A stretch of 63,705 nt of DNA, filler included, from Lama guanicoe (GCA_013239625.1; 153 parts of 153 records of this genome joined end to end with filler, not necessarily neighbours in it); one strand, 5' to 3'; shown: positions 49,079 to 63,287, counted from the first letter of the whole stretch. Numbers and translations: made by a program. The notes: generated by a model not told the origin, from the letters alone.

Positions 49079-52000
49079 NNNNNNNNNNNNNNNNNNNNNN
49101 NNNNNNNNNNNNNNNNNNNNNNTTAATTAATTAANNNNNNNNNNNNNNNNNNNNNNNNNNNNNNNNNNNNNNNNNNNNCCCTATTATGGGTACAGAGGGA
49201 GTCAACTACACTTGCAGGCTACTGTGGATTGCCTTTTCATCTTTATTTTGTGGCAATCTGTAACAAAGCACCAGGATATCGATATATTTTATCATCCTAT
49301 CTCTCAATTACAACACTCATGCTATTTTATTTTTAAATCAGCAGAAATCGAAAGCATTGTAGAAATGTTTTTCCATGTTATTATAAGAAGCACTTTAACC
49401 CCAGCAACATGTTATCCTAAGTCATGTGTATTAGTAATGGTTTAAAAAACCGAGGAATCGGACTGTATTTTATAGTTGGATGACTTGTGTTGTTACNNNN
49501 NNNNNNNNNNNNNNNNNNNNNNNNNNNNNNNNNNNNNNNNTTAATTAATTAANNNNNNNNNNNNNNNNNNNNNNNNNNNNNNNNNNNNNNNNNNNNCATT
49601 ATGGAGTTTATGTACAGAAATGAATGTATGTCAGGTATTTATGCTGTAAGAAAAAAGAAACAGGATAAGGAGATAGAGAACGAGGGGATGAAGGTGTTCT
49701 TATTTTACAGACGATGCTCGGGTAAAAGTATGTATCTCAGCCACCTCTTGTCTCTCGATTCTTCCTGTCTGAGGAAAAATTGTAATGTTTGTTTATCCCT
49801 TCATTCAGTATTCATGTAGTGCCTCTGTGTATTAGGCGCCCTGTGAGACCCTGTGGCAATGTTATGCAGGTTTAGAGGCAGGAAAGATCAATCAAGCAGT
49901 ACTTTGTAGACCATNNNNNNNNNNNNNNNNNNNNNNNNNNNNNNNNNNNNNNNNNNNNTTAATTAATTAANNNNNNNNNNNNNNNNNNNNNNNNNNNNNN
50001 NNNNNNNNNNNNNNTTTTTTAAATGCATAATCAGTTATTTATATGAATTATAGCCATCAGGACTATTATGAACTGGCAAATATAGTAAAAGTGTTCAAAG
50101 TAACTGTGAGTGTATTCCAGAACTTTATTTTTTATCAGAGTGCTTTGACTTTTCAGAGATTAAATTCTATTTCAGATACCTAAACAAAGGTATAAATAAA
50201 AATCATTTTTGAGGTCAAATGCAGTTTGATTTGATCCCTTATGCCCTGAAACTGCAATTAATAATTTGCTAAATTTGAGCTACTACCTGATTTATGTGTA
50301 GCTGTTCTGACTGGAAGAAAAAATAAATAAAANNNNNNNNNNNNNNNNNNNNNNNNNNNNNNNNNNNNNNNNNNNNTTAATTAATTAANNNNNNNNNNNN
50401 NNNNNNNNNNNNNNNNNNNNNNNNNNNNNNNNGGTACCAAGACAGCCAGGGGAATATCCTGGACCCTGAGGGCAGAATGTGCAACCAAGTTCACGGGACA
50501 GGGACAGGGAGGCCCAAAGCCGGCTTAGGCCTGGTGGAAAGTTTTGGGCCCCTCATCAAGGATGGACTGGCTGGACTTCTTTACAGAAGTTGCCTCAGGC
50601 CCCATTCTGGACCAGCACTCCCCGCCCCACCCTGGTCCTGATGGGGACACACTGGGGCAGCCACCAGGATGCTTCTCTCTCTGGGACCACTTCTGATGTG
50701 GCCACACCTCTGCTCTGCTCCACGTGGCTCTGTTCACTCCCCACAGACACNNNNNNNNNNNNNNNNNNNNNNNNNNNNNNNNNNNNNNNNNNNNTTAATT
50801 AATTAANNNNNNNNNNNNNNNNNNNNNNNNNNNNNNNNNNNNNNNNNNNNACAAAATGTCCTACACTTTGTACCTTGAAACTCCTTCTCTGGGAGTTCTC
50901 ACACGGACTCCAGGCCTGTGTACATTTCAATCCTGCAGGCAATTTTGAAGGACATTTCCGGTTTCAAGCCACTGCCTTCCTGAGTGGCTGCAGGTGCTGA
51001 CCCCTGGGCTTCTTGAATTAAACCAATTAGTGATTTGCTGAGTAATGTGTGAGTTTAGGTCATGGGCTAAATATTTTTATTTGACAAGTTGCTTTATGTT
51101 GTGTATAGTTCTAAAACACATTTAATTATGTAGTGCAAAATAGTTTGTATTTAAAGATTTTTACAAGANNNNNNNNNNNNNNNNNNNNNNNNNNNNNNNN
51201 NNNNNNNNNNNNTTAATTAATTAANNNNNNNNNNNNNNNNNNNNNNNNNNNNNNNNNNNNNNNNNNNNGACTAACTTGGGGTTTTGTTTTGTTTTGCTGG
51301 TTACTGGGTGGGGCTGGTGTGAGGGTTCTGGCACTACTGGGGTCCTGCTTGGTTTGAAGCTCCCCCTGCACCAAAGGAGGGAGCACACAGACTTTCTTAT
51401 CAGCTGTCCCAGGTGTGGGGGAAAGGAATAAAGAAAGGTAAGTCCTAAGAGTCTGGATGCAGACACCACTTCTATCTTAAACATCCCAGGAAACACAGTG
51501 TGGAGCCCTCAGTTCCTCGCTCCCGACACTTGGCAGTAAAGCAAGAAACCCTCTGAGAAGTGTCCCCGCACAACTGTCTTCTCTCCNNNNNNNNNNNNNN
51601 NNNNNNNNNNNNNNNNNNNNNNNNNNNNNNTTAATTAATTAANNNNNNNNNNNNNNNNNNNNNNNNNNNNNNNNNNNNNNNNNNNNGGAAGGAGGGTGAT
51701 ATTCACTATTTTGGGGTTGTCTTTCTAACTACTCCGTTTCTTGACAGTGATAATGAGCACATGACTATACACTAATGAAAAAGCTAAATAGAATTAAATA
51801 CACATACAAATGAGTGCAAATAAAGCTGGGCAAATCTAAGCAAGATCACAGATTGCGTCAGTGTCAACATCCTGATTGTGATATTGTCCCATTGCTTTTG
51901 CAACAAATTGCTATTTGTGGAAACTGGATAAAGGGTAAATGTGATTTTTTATACTATTTTTTACAAATGCATATGTACCTACAATTTTTTCATTTAAATT

Positions 52001-52522
52001 TCAANNNNNNNNNNNNNNNNNNNNNNNNNNNNNNNNNNNNNNNNNNNNTTAATTAATTAANNNNNNNNNNNNNNNNNNNNNNNNNNNNNNNNNNNNNNNN
52101 NNNNTGCTGATGCACCGGCCCTGAGATCTTTAACTCCCCCAGCCTCTGGCCCCTGTGCCCCGAGAGCATCTAGACATCTTGCTGTTTCCTGCTCACCATG
52201 TCCATGTAGAAAGTGCCACGGTAAAGTGGCCAGGTGTGCAGTGTGTGCCATCTGAAACTCGTGCAGGTCCCTGCAGGGCGAGCAGGGCTGTTCGCTCCTC
52301 CAGGAGAGGAGCTGAACTCCATCCCCCATAGTGCCAGGCCTGGGAGGGGTGTTGCCAGGCGAGTGTCTGAGACCAGAGGCCACACGGGGCAGCCCAGGGT
52401 GTCGGCCGCGGTCCTCCTGCTTNNNNNNNNNNNNNNNNNNNNNNNNNNNNNNNNNNNNNNNNNNNNTTAATTAATTAANNNNNNNNNNNNNNNNNNNNNN
52501 NNNNNNNNNNNNNNNNNNNNNN

Positions 52523-52830
52523 GATTTTTAGGGCAATGAAATTATTCTGTGTGATTCTATAGTGGCTACATATCATTATGCATTTGTCAAAGCCCACAGA
52601 ATGTACATCAAGAGTGAGCCCTAATGTAAACTAAAGACTTTGGTTAATAATAATGTGCCCATGTTGGTTCATCGATTGTACCAAATATGCCAGACTGATG
52701 CAGGATGTTGAGGCTAGGGGAGTATGTGTGTGTGGGTGGGAGGGCTATGTGTGAACACTCTGTATTGTCTGCTCAATTCTGCTGTGAACCTGAAACTGCT
52801 CTAGAAGAATGAAGTCTATTAAAAAAAAAG
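52523..52830 (+). mobile_element. L1MC-type 3' end
   Basis: gatttttagggcaatgaaa...catttgtcaaagcccacagaatgtaca...ccctaatgtaaacta...gctcaattctgctgtgaacctgaaactgctcta; a homologous end lies at 53110-53258. Confidence 0.75.
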
Positions 52831-55030
52831 AGGATGGATTNNNNNNNNNNNNNNNNNNNNNNNNNNNNNNNNNNNNNNNNNNNNTTAATTAATTAANNNN
52901 NNNNNNNNNNNNNNNNNNNNNNNNNNNNNNNNNNNNNNNNGTGGGAATGTAGTTTGGTGCAGTCACTATGGAAAACAGTATGGAGCTTCTTCATAAAACT
53001 AAAAATAGATTCACCATATGATCCACCAGTACCACTCCTGGGCATATATCTGGAGAAAACTCTCAGAAACTTAAATTATTTCAAGATAAAGCTTTTTAAA
53101 AAATTGAACTAATGTACACTCTGGTTAGGCATGTTGATACTGGAGGAAGAATACGCATGTATGTGGGCAGGGGATACATGAGAAGTCTCTGTACCTTCCC
53201 CTCAATTTTGCTGTGAACCTAAAACTACTCTTTAAAAAATGTCAATTATAAAAAAAAANNNNNNNNNNNNNNNNNNNNNNNNNNNNNNNNNNNNNNNNNN
53301 NNTTAATTAATTAANNNNNNNNNNNNNNNNNNNNNNNNNNNNNNNNNNNNNNNNNNNNCTAGATAAGTACTTTTGAAATAAAAGATAAAGAGCTGTGAAA
53401 TTTTCTGCTGTGTGTCCCCACATCTATGAAGTGACATCCATGTAAATGGTCACTCAGCACACTTATCTGGAGCAACTTGATGACTGTGGGAAAAATATTT
53501 TCTCTATAGTTGTCAACAGGTGTCACTGACGAGATTGTTTCCTAAACCAATCAGATCTGAAGCATGGAGATGTATTTATTACATATGTGTGTATCCAGAA
53601 TAACAGCTTTAGAATCTGATATTCTCAAGTTCGAATCCTGGCTCTGCCATTTAGCTCGGGATGTGCTGCTTTGCCTNNNNNNNNNNNNNNNNNNNNNNNN
53701 NNNNNNNNNNNNNNNNNNNNTTAATTAATTAANNNNNNNNNNNNNNNNNNNNNNNNNNNNNNNNNNNNNNNNNNNNAAAAAAAAAAAAAAAAAAAAAAGG
53801 GACCCACAAGGTTGAAAAGACTGCAGCTAAGGTGGTTCACAGTGCTTCTAAGAAATGACCTCCTGAAGCTCTCAAACAACTGTAGCGTCTCAGGGAACAT
53901 CAGGGAAGACTGACTTTCACAAAGAACTTTCGTTTCCCTTTGCCAAGAAAACAGTCTTCATCTCAACAGCCGTGTTCTGCAGTGATAAAGCTGACCACAA
54001 GATCTCTAAACTCAAGAACATTTTATCCAATGGATGTGAACACAGAGGAAAGGCAGCGAACAAGCAGCCACTGAGAGAGATGGCTTTAGCACAANNNNNN
54101 NNNNNNNNNNNNNNNNNNNNNNNNNNNNNNNNNNNNNNTTAATTAATTAANNNNNNNNNNNNNNNNNNNNNNNNNNNNNNNNNNNNNNNNNNNNGGAGAA
54201 GTTGAGGGGCACTGGGATTTGACCTTGGAGGAGAGAGATGGAGGGGGCATTGGGCAGAGAGGGTTTGGAGTTGGCAAATTAGAGGATGTATGAGAGTTAG
54301 AAGCTGCTGCTACTGCTGGGAAAGTGCGGAGAAATTCTCAAAGGCTTGGGGAGACAAGAGGATGCTGTGTGGCTTTGTCAGAGGCCCTGGCTGGGTCAGT
54401 AGACCTTGAAGTATTTCTTAGTGCAAACATCTCCAGTTCCATCCTCCCCTCTCCCTGCCCATTGCTATAATTTCTTTTCTTTTCTTTCTTTCTTTTTCTT
54501 CCTTCCTTCCTTNNNNNNNNNNNNNNNNNNNNNNNNNNNNNNNNNNNNNNNNNNNNTTAATTAATTAANNNNNNNNNNNNNNNNNNNNNNNNNNNNNNNN
54601 NNNNNNNNNNNNAATTCTACTTAGAGTTTTCTCTGAGGAAAAAGTAAATTAATGATATGTAAAAATATTCACATATTAGAATATATTTATATCAGTTATT
54701 TATGTTTTAAAAAGAGAAAAAAGCAAAATTTCCAACAACAGCAATACAAACAAACAATTGTGGTAGGTACAAATAAGCAAGAGTCATTAAAATCATATCA
54801 CATCAAATGCCCTGTAACATTTTCTTCATGATATACGTTCATAGGTGAAAATAACAGGCTACAAACTGCATGTGCATTGTAAAATTAATAACCTGAGGTA
54901 ATGACAGAAGAGGTCATTAGAACCACTCTTNNNNNNNNNNNNNNNNNNNNNNNNNNNNNNNNNNNNNNNNNNNNTTAATTAATTAANNNNNNNNNNNNNN
55001 NNNNNNNNNNNNNNNNNNNNNNNNNNNNNN

Positions 55031-55347
55031 CCCACTCCTGGGCATATATCCAGAGAAAACTCTAATTTGAAAAGATACAGGCACACCAGTGTTTATAGAA
55101 GCATTATTTACAATAGCCAAGCCATGGAAGCAACCTAAATATCCATTGACAGAAGACTGGATAAAGAAGTTGTGATTTTATATATACATACATATATATA
55201 TACACACACACACACACAAATGTATACACACACACGCACACAAACAGAGTGGAATACTACTCAGCTATTAATAATAAAATAATGCCATTTGAAGCAAAGT
55301 GGATGGACCTGGAGATTGTCATACTAAGTGAAGTAAGCCAGAAAGAG
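55031..55347 (+). mobile_element. LINE-1 ORF2 end with internal (TA)/(CA) microsatellite
   Basis: cccactcctgggcatatatccagag...ggaagcaacctaaat...(ta/ca)n...ggatggacctggagattgtcatactaagtgaagtaag. Confidence 0.85.
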
Positions 55348-55865
55348 NNNNNNNNNNNNNNNNNNNNNNNNNNNNNNNNNNNNNNNNNNNNTTAATTAAT
55401 TAANNNNNNNNNNNNNNNNNNNNNNNNNNNNNNNNNNNNNNNNNNNNTATTTAGTGTTATTGCAACTTGATTGACTGTAAATATTCTGTTTTCTGTAAAT
55501 TGCCTTTCTTAGGTCCATTGTGGTGATAAGACTGCATATTTTTGCCATCCCTCCTTCTCTTTAACTGAAATGTCCTCTAAGTATTTTTAGTTTAATGCCA
55601 CTGCTTTACAAATAAAGGAGATCATGAATGCCCAAAACTTTAAAAAAATCTTGAAAGAACAGATACTGAGGCATTTGTTTTCTGAATTCAATAATTCATG
55701 AAGACTTTCTAGATGGCTATTCTTCTTACTTCTGTAAACTTCATCTCTCTGGAGCTACTTGGCTTNNNNNNNNNNNNNNNNNNNNNNNNNNNNNNNNNNN
55801 NNNNNNNNNTTAATTAATTAANNNNNNNNNNNNNNNNNNNNNNNNNNNNNNNNNNNNNNNNNNNN

Positions 55866-56183
55866 CCTTCCTAAAGAAATAAAGACCCCGAGAAAGAGAC
55901 CCACATATTTTATGTGGGGTTTGGTGAAGAATGGGCAGTCACGTGGAGCTATGATAGGTTAGGAAGTGGGGGATAATTGTAGTAAAATGATGACTGTTGT
56001 TTGGTTTCTTCTTGACATCCCTTTGTTTTCAAGTATAAGGATGCTCCTTTCCTCCGGGAACAGGGAGGGCGCCTCTCACATGAGGGTTTTAGGACCTGTT
56101 TCAGGGAAGAAGGGCTGGGGCAGGGAGGGGGGATGTCAGTGTAGCCTTCCTGTTTCTGCTCTTTTCCCAAAATCCTTCAGCTT
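55866..56183 (-). mobile_element. ERV1-type LTR fragment
   Basis: aggatgctcctttcctccggg...cacatgagggtttta...ccttcctgtttctgc...ccttcagct resembles antisense ERV1 LTRs. Confidence 0.55.
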
Positions 56184-56759
56184 NNNNNNNNNNNNNNNNN
56201 NNNNNNNNNNNNNNNNNNNNNNNNNNNTTAATTAATTAANNNNNNNNNNNNNNNNNNNNNNNNNNNNNNNNNNNNNNNNNNNNATCTTATTGGGATCAGG
56301 GGCCTCAGTTTGCTTAGGCTCAAATCCCTTGATCACTAAAGAGCATTAGTGACACCCATGACCTCCGTCTCCATCCCTGTGTCATTGCAAGTGGACCCGC
56401 ACCACCTCCAGCAGGTCATCTGTCATCTAGTGTTTCAACCAGCTCAGCTGGTCCTGGTGTGGATGCTTCCTAATACTGTTTTGTGGTGTGCCTTCTAAAC
56501 AGTCTTCTCCAATTTGACCAACCTTTGGGCCTCTCCACTTTGGTGTGCTGCATCTCCAGAGATGCCATCTGCTTTGTGGGCCTCAAAAATCCAGGCATGT
56601 GNNNNNNNNNNNNNNNNNNNNNNNNNNNNNNNNNNNNNNNNNNNNTTAATTAATTAANNNNNNNNNNNNNNNNNNNNNNNNNNNNNNNNNNNNNNNNNNN
56701 NGGGGGGGTCGGAGCCGAGAGGCGCACGGCCTGACGTCCTTGCTGTTGGGCTCGCTGTA

Positions 56760-56970
56760 CGTCCAGGGGACGGTGCCAGCAGGGGTGGTGACGTGGAGGC
56801 AGGGACAATGGTCGGGTTCTGGATGTGCTTTGAAGGTGGAGCCGACACGATCTCTAGGCAGATTAGAGTGGGGTGTGACAGAGAGGCACTGGGGTGGCTC
56901 CGAGGACTTCAGTCCAAGCAACCGAAAGGAGGGACTGCTATTTACCGGGATGGGGACAGCCATGGGAGGA
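56760..56970 (-). mobile_element. L2 LINE relic
   Basis: ttctggatgtgctttgaaggtggagccgac...ggggtgtgacagagagg...ctatttaccgggatgggga is antisense L2. Confidence 0.6.
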
Positions 56971-58879
56971 GGGTTCTTCCCCCTCCTCTGCCTCCCACCC
57001 ACCCTCTCCAAGCCCCTTTNNNNNNNNNNNNNNNNNNNNNNNNNNNNNNNNNNNNNNNNNNNNTTAATTAATTAANNNNNNNNNNNNNNNNNNNNNNNNN
57101 NNNNNNNNNNNNNNNNNNNGGACTAATAGTTATAACTCGCTGAGAATTACTTAGCTTGGTGAACACATGCAGTCCATTCGGAGAATAAAACTCGTACAGC
57201 ATAGGATCAAAGAACTATGATTACTTGCATTTTTATGATTCTATTCTGATGCTTTTGGTTTCCAGGATTCATCAAACATCATTCTTTTAAAGCCCATGGA
57301 AGGGACAATTCTTTGCCCTGTTTTTGTCAAGCTGGCTTGCAAAGCTGAGTGAGGTCTGAAAGAGACTCTGTCACATTGAGGGAGCAATCTCCGTGGCACG
57401 TCCCTTCTCGTGAACAGTCCTCAGATGCAGAGAAGCCNNNNNNNNNNNNNNNNNNNNNNNNNNNNNNNNNNNNNNNNNNNNTTAATTAATTAANNNNNNN
57501 NNNNNNNNNNNNNNNNNNNNNNNNNNNNNNNNNNNNNCAGTCCAGCAGTGAAGTGCTATAGCACTATAGTGACACTTAGCCAGTGGCCAACTTTGGGTCA
57601 GAATATCAGACTTACAAGGAGCAAGGTTTCAGACTTAGCACTGCTACCTCCTTGCCTTCCTGTTACTCTCTGCCTGGCTCTTGTGACTCCAGCCACGTCA
57701 GCATCCGACCTGTCCGACTGCACAGCATCCCATTAGAGCCCGCCGCCACATCCATTCAAGCTCCCGCACTAAGGTCTTCTCACTCACTGTCCTCTCTGCT
57801 CAGGATTCCCTTTCCCCAGCTCCTCAGATAGCTCACTTCTTCATCTTTTAGGTCTNNNNNNNNNNNNNNNNNNNNNNNNNNNNNNNNNNNNNNNNNNNNT
57901 TAATTAATTAANNNNNNNNNNNNNNNNNNNNNNNNNNNNNNNNNNNNNNNNNNNNTTTTTTTTTTTATCTTTTCTGAGCATTCAAATATATATATATGGG
58001 GGGAAAAAACCAAACCAAAACAAAACAAAAAAACTTTTGGCTGTCATTGTGCAGTTTCTGAAAGGAGACTTTAATGTCGAAGCACATTCTGCCTCCCCTC
58101 ACTGATACACAGCTCCAAGCACAGAGGATGCTGTGCATGAGCTGTGATGTTTCTAAATGTGCTACCCTCACACGAAGGTCAGATGGCCTGGATGATGGAA
58201 ATAATTAAAGAAATCACCTAAGTATCTGGTAAAAGCATGCAAACATAGCTTGTGTTTTTTTGCCATGTGCTTANNNNNNNNNNNNNNNNNNNNNNNNNNN
58301 NNNNNNNNNNNNNNNNNTTAATTAATTAANNNNNNNNNNNNNNNNNNNNNNNNNNNNNNNNNNNNNNNNNNNNAAAAAAAAAGTTTTGCTCATTCTACCA
58401 GTACTTTCTGCATTCCCCAATGCGTGCTAAGAAATTTCCAACATAATTTCAAAAAAGGCTGCATGGTGCATGGTCAATTCAAAAAAGTATATAGGATTAG
58501 AACTAATGCAAAAGCATAGAGAGTAAGATTTGGCACATAGGACAAGGTTATTTAGGGAAAGACTTCAAAGAAAAGAGTTGAATATCTTTTGATTAATTCC
58601 TTATTGTCCCACATCAAGAACCAATTTTTTTAGCTTCCATATGTAAGTGACATCATATAATACTTGTCTTTCTCTGTCTTGATTTATCTCANNNNNNNNN
58701 NNNNNNNNNNNNNNNNNNNNNNNNNNNNNNNNNNNTTAATTAATTAANNNNNNNNNNNNNNNNNNNNNNNNNNNNNNNNNNNNNNNNNNNNTTTTTTAAA
58801 AAAGAAAGCAAATAATAAAATTATAGCTCAACCAATATCAATAATTATATTTAAGAAGGCATGGCTTAAACTCACTAAT

Positions 58880-59109
58880 TAAAAGACAGATAATAAAACT
58901 ACAGACCAATATTCCTTGTGAATATAGACACAAAAATCCTCAGCAAAATATTAGCAAATGAATCCAACAACATATAGAAAGTATTTATACACCATAATTG
59001 AGTAGGATTTACCCTAAGAATGCAAAATTGGTTTAACATCTGAAAATCAACGCGTAATACATTGTATTTATATAATAAAAACAAAAAAGTATGATCATCT
59101 CAACAGACA
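58880..59109 (+). mobile_element. LINE-1 ORF2 RT N-terminal fragment
   Basis: aaaactacagaccaatattccttgtgaatatagacacaaaaatcctcagcaaaatattagcaaa = NYRPI.L.NIDTKILSKILAN. Confidence 0.85.
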
Positions 59110-62100
59110 NNNNNNNNNNNNNNNNNNNNNNNNNNNNNNNNNNNNNNNNNNNNTTAATTAATTAANNNNNNNNNNNNNNNNNNNNNNNNNNNNNNNNNNN
59201 NNNNNNNNNCCCTACACTTTATGTTTCTTCTTTTGCAACACTTTGAACTTACCTTGTTTATTATTAGTAAATCATTTTTAAATCCCTTTTGGAACAAGGC
59301 AGGATCCATATTAAGTAATTACACAATGAAGAGTAATCCGTGCTTTCAGCATAGACCTTTGAACTGACCTTATCTCCGCATGAGAGAGATGCTGAAGAAA
59401 CTAACCAGTAATCACCTTCCACTTTACTTTTTATTCATCCATTCATATGTTAAGAATCAAACTGCATAATTTTTTTTTAAGTTTCTGCCTTGAGAAAAAT
59501 GGTCATTTCATAATTCTGCAAGTGGGANNNNNNNNNNNNNNNNNNNNNNNNNNNNNNNNNNNNNNNNNNNNTTAATTAATTAANNNNNNNNNNNNNNNNN
59601 NNNNNNNNNNNNNNNNNNNNNNNNNNNTCAAATCCAACTATTTTGCCTGATAACTTATCTGGGTCCCCACTGAGTTAGTTCCTTGATACACCTTTGCCCA
59701 GGGCTGAACAAAACTGGAGTGGATCCTGCAGCTCCAACAGGGGCTGAGCTGAGGCCAATGGGAGCTAGGTAGTTCTTGCACACCGCCTCCTAAGTCATCA
59801 TTTGTTTTCTAAATGATCAATTTGAGTGAGGTAACCCTGGCAATCGTCAGGGAATGGGTTACTTGGCTACACATTGCTTTATACAATGTGGGTGATGACA
59901 GTCATTTTACATACCAGTGCTATTTCCTGACCATTGCAAATGATGNNNNNNNNNNNNNNNNNNNNNNNNNNNNNNNNNNNNNNNNNNNNTTAATTAATTA
60001 ANNNNNNNNNNNNNNNNNNNNNNNNNNNNNNNNNNNNNNNNNNNNCCCCCCCTCCAGTTTTGGAGATACAATTGACATACAATACTGTCTCAGTTTAGGG
60101 TGTACAGTATGATGGTTTAAATCACTTCCTGATGTGGTGCAGTTCTCTCTTGGGGATGATGGTAATCATAACAGCCAATATTATTTCCATGGGCCTGTTA
60201 ATCTTATGAATGCCATATATATAATATATTCATATTCATTGATCCTCATGATAATCCCATGAGGAAGGTACTTTTGTTATACTCATGTTACAGCTGGTAA
60301 GTAGAGAAGCCAGGATTCACACTTAGACAGTCTGGTGTCAGGGTCCATGTTCTTAATCCTTCCNNNNNNNNNNNNNNNNNNNNNNNNNNNNNNNNNNNNN
60401 NNNNNNNTTAATTAATTAANNNNNNNNNNNNNNNNNNNNNNNNNNNNNNNNNNNNNNNNNNNNACATTTCTCTCCCCGGTCTCGCCCTCAGGGACTGTGA
60501 CAGGACAACCTCATCAGCACTGAAGATGCCGCGTGTAGCATGAGACAGACCTGGATTCAGATTCTGCCTCTGCAGCTTGCGTACTTGGAATGTTTAGAAT
60601 AATAATGCATCCGAAATTAATTTGTGCACGTACAGGGAGAAAGATGCCTAAAATTACCTTCTTCTGGAGGTATGGTCAGTTACATCAAAGACATGTATTA
60701 AATAAACCATCTTCTCCGGACTGACTTGTGCCAGCTTTGTCATGTATCATATCTGCATATAAACTTGGACGTCTAAGTAAANNNNNNNNNNNNNNNNNNN
60801 NNNNNNNNNNNNNNNNNNNNNNNNNTTAATTAATTAANNNNNNNNNNNNNNNNNNNNNNNNNNNNNNNNNNNNNNNNNNNNTTTTCTAAAGTAAAGCCTA
60901 CGTACTATGAGAAATATAAAACTTCAAATACTGTAGCCATATTAGATAGAATTAGTGGCTAAACTCTGACTTTTCCAGTGTTAATTATCCTCTTTCATGG
61001 TGTCCAATTTTTCTGAGACTTTGGGGGCTTTTCTTAATGAGGAAACATAATGAACTTTTTATTGAGCAGTATATTAAATACATCTGCCTAAAATGCTTAG
61101 CTTCAGAGAAATCATATCCAAGAAGATGGAAAGAAGTGATATATTCTTAGACTTCTCACTCATTCTCATAAAGCCTCAGTGACCTGGATTTTTTTTTTTN
61201 NNNNNNNNNNNNNNNNNNNNNNNNNNNNNNNNNNNNNNNNNNNTTAATTAATTAANNNNNNNNNNNNNNNNNNNNNNNNNNNNNNNNNNNNNNNNNNNNG
61301 AGAGAAAGAAAGACTTCAGTGGAATAAAAAAATATTTAATTAACTGCAAATAAGCAGGAAAAGAAAACAAATAACTGATGGACAGATGAGACAAATAGAG
61401 AAGAGCACCATGGTAGATTAAAATCCAGCCATATAAGTAATCACATTAATTGTAAATTGTTTGAACAGCTCAACTGAAAGGAAGATATTTAGAAACTGGA
61501 TTAAAAGGCAAGATCCGATTGTATGCTACTCACAAGAAATCCACTTTAAATAAAAGGATGCAAATAATGTTAAAAGCAAAATGATGGACAACACTGTAAC
61601 AAGAGAACTAGACTACCNNNNNNNNNNNNNNNNNNNNNNNNNNNNNNNNNNNNNNNNNNNNTTAATTAATTAANNNNNNNNNNNNNNNNNNNNNNNNNNN
61701 NNNNNNNNNNNNNNNNNGGTCTGGCCTGATCATGTATTCTTCCAGCTGAGCTCCAGAAACTCAGAGTGTGGAATTAGAGGGGCAGCGTTTGGAAACTAGT
61801 GAGGAGGTGGAGTGTCCTTTATATTGAGTCCCTTCAGCCTAACCACCGTAGCTGAAGCCCAACAACCCCCCAGGCCCCCAGGGTGGTCATGGAGGGAGAG
61901 CAAGCCTGGCAGGCGAACTAGGGTCCCACTGCTGTGTCCCTCACTTGTCTTCGTTCCCTTTTACCACGGAAGGTGTGATTGTCTCCTGTCATGGTGGCCA
62001 CCGCAGTGTCCCTCCCAGCAATCTCTCTTCTCCATNNNNNNNNNNNNNNNNNNNNNNNNNNNNNNNNNNNNNNNNNNNNTTAATTAATTAANNNNNNNNN

Positions 62101-62553
62101 NNNNNNNNNNNNNNNNNNNNNNNNNNNNNNNNNNNGGGGCCTAAACTGAAAGTGAAGTCAGGTCAGAGGCTGACACCGGTCACCTGGAGCCGCCATGGAA
62201 AATCCTGGGCCCAGGACGCTCCCGCAGAAGGAAGAGCTGTTACCAACATGGTGTCCCTGTCTCCCGGCATCCTGCTGGGATCCTCTCACCTGGTCCTGCT
62301 TCCGGTGAGTTACCTTTCAGAAGACCTTTCAGCCTCCTGGCCTTTCTTGTTCGCATTGTCTTCTCAGTATATTGTTGGATCTTTGTGATAGTCTGACATT
62401 GATTGGAAGATGTATTTTTACATTTTCTGTTACCGGGAGTTGGGAGGCCCATGNNNNNNNNNNNNNNNNNNNNNNNNNNNNNNNNNNNNNNNNNNNNTTA
62501 ATTAATTAANNNNNNNNNNNNNNNNNNNNNNNNNNNNNNNNNNNNNNNNNNNN

Positions 62554-62871
62554 TTAGGCTTTATTCAGCAGACCTACTGAGGATGTAAGCCCCAGATACA
62601 GCCTCTCAGATCCCTCTGTGGGGCTGCTCCAAAGAGGTAAGAGAGGAATCAATATCTATAGGAATTTTTGCTGAGAAAAAAACAAGTAGTCGAACATCAA
62701 AAGATGACTGCTAATCACAAAAACATACATTTCAAGTTAATGATTTTAGTGCTTTTCTATATATGTGAAGATGCAAGGATCTGGGTTCACTGAAGTCATT
62801 ACTTTGACGTGCACCTTAACTTTCTAGGGCCAGTATCCTGTTTTTCTCCATCCTGAATCCCCTCAGGGTGC
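62554..62871 (-). mobile_element. ERV1-type LTR (cetartiodactyl MER41-like)
   Basis: cagcctctcagat...ctgctccaaagaggtaag...tcaagttaatgattttagtgcttttcta...ggccagtatcctgtttttctccatcctgaatcccctcagggtgc resembles artiodactyl ERV1 LTRs. Confidence 0.65.
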
Positions 62872-62971
62872 NNNNNNNNNNNNNNNNNNNNNNNNNNNNN
62901 NNNNNNNNNNNNNNNTTAATTAATTAANNNNNNNNNNNNNNNNNNNNNNNNNNNNNNNNNNNNNNNNNNNN

Positions 62972-63287
62972 CCATAAAAAATAATAAAATAATACCATTT
63001 GCAGCAACATGGATGCAACTGGAGATTGTCATTCTAAGTGAAGAAAGTAGAAAGAGAAAGAAAAATACCATATGATATCACTTATATGTGGGATTTTAAA
63101 AAAAGGCAAATGAATTTATTCACAAAGCAGAAACAGACTCACAGATATAGAAAACAAATTTATGGTTACCAGGAGTGATGGGGGTGTGAAAGGATAAATT
63201 GGGAATTTGAGATTTGCAGATACTAATATATATAAACTAGATAAATAACAAGTTCATGCTGTATAGCACAGGGAACTATATTCAATA
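62972..63287 (+). mobile_element. LINE-1 ORF2 end and 3' UTR
   Basis: ccatttgcagcaacatggatg...tatgatatcacttatatgtgg...agaaacagactcacaga...gtatagcacagggaactatattcaata. Confidence 0.9.
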
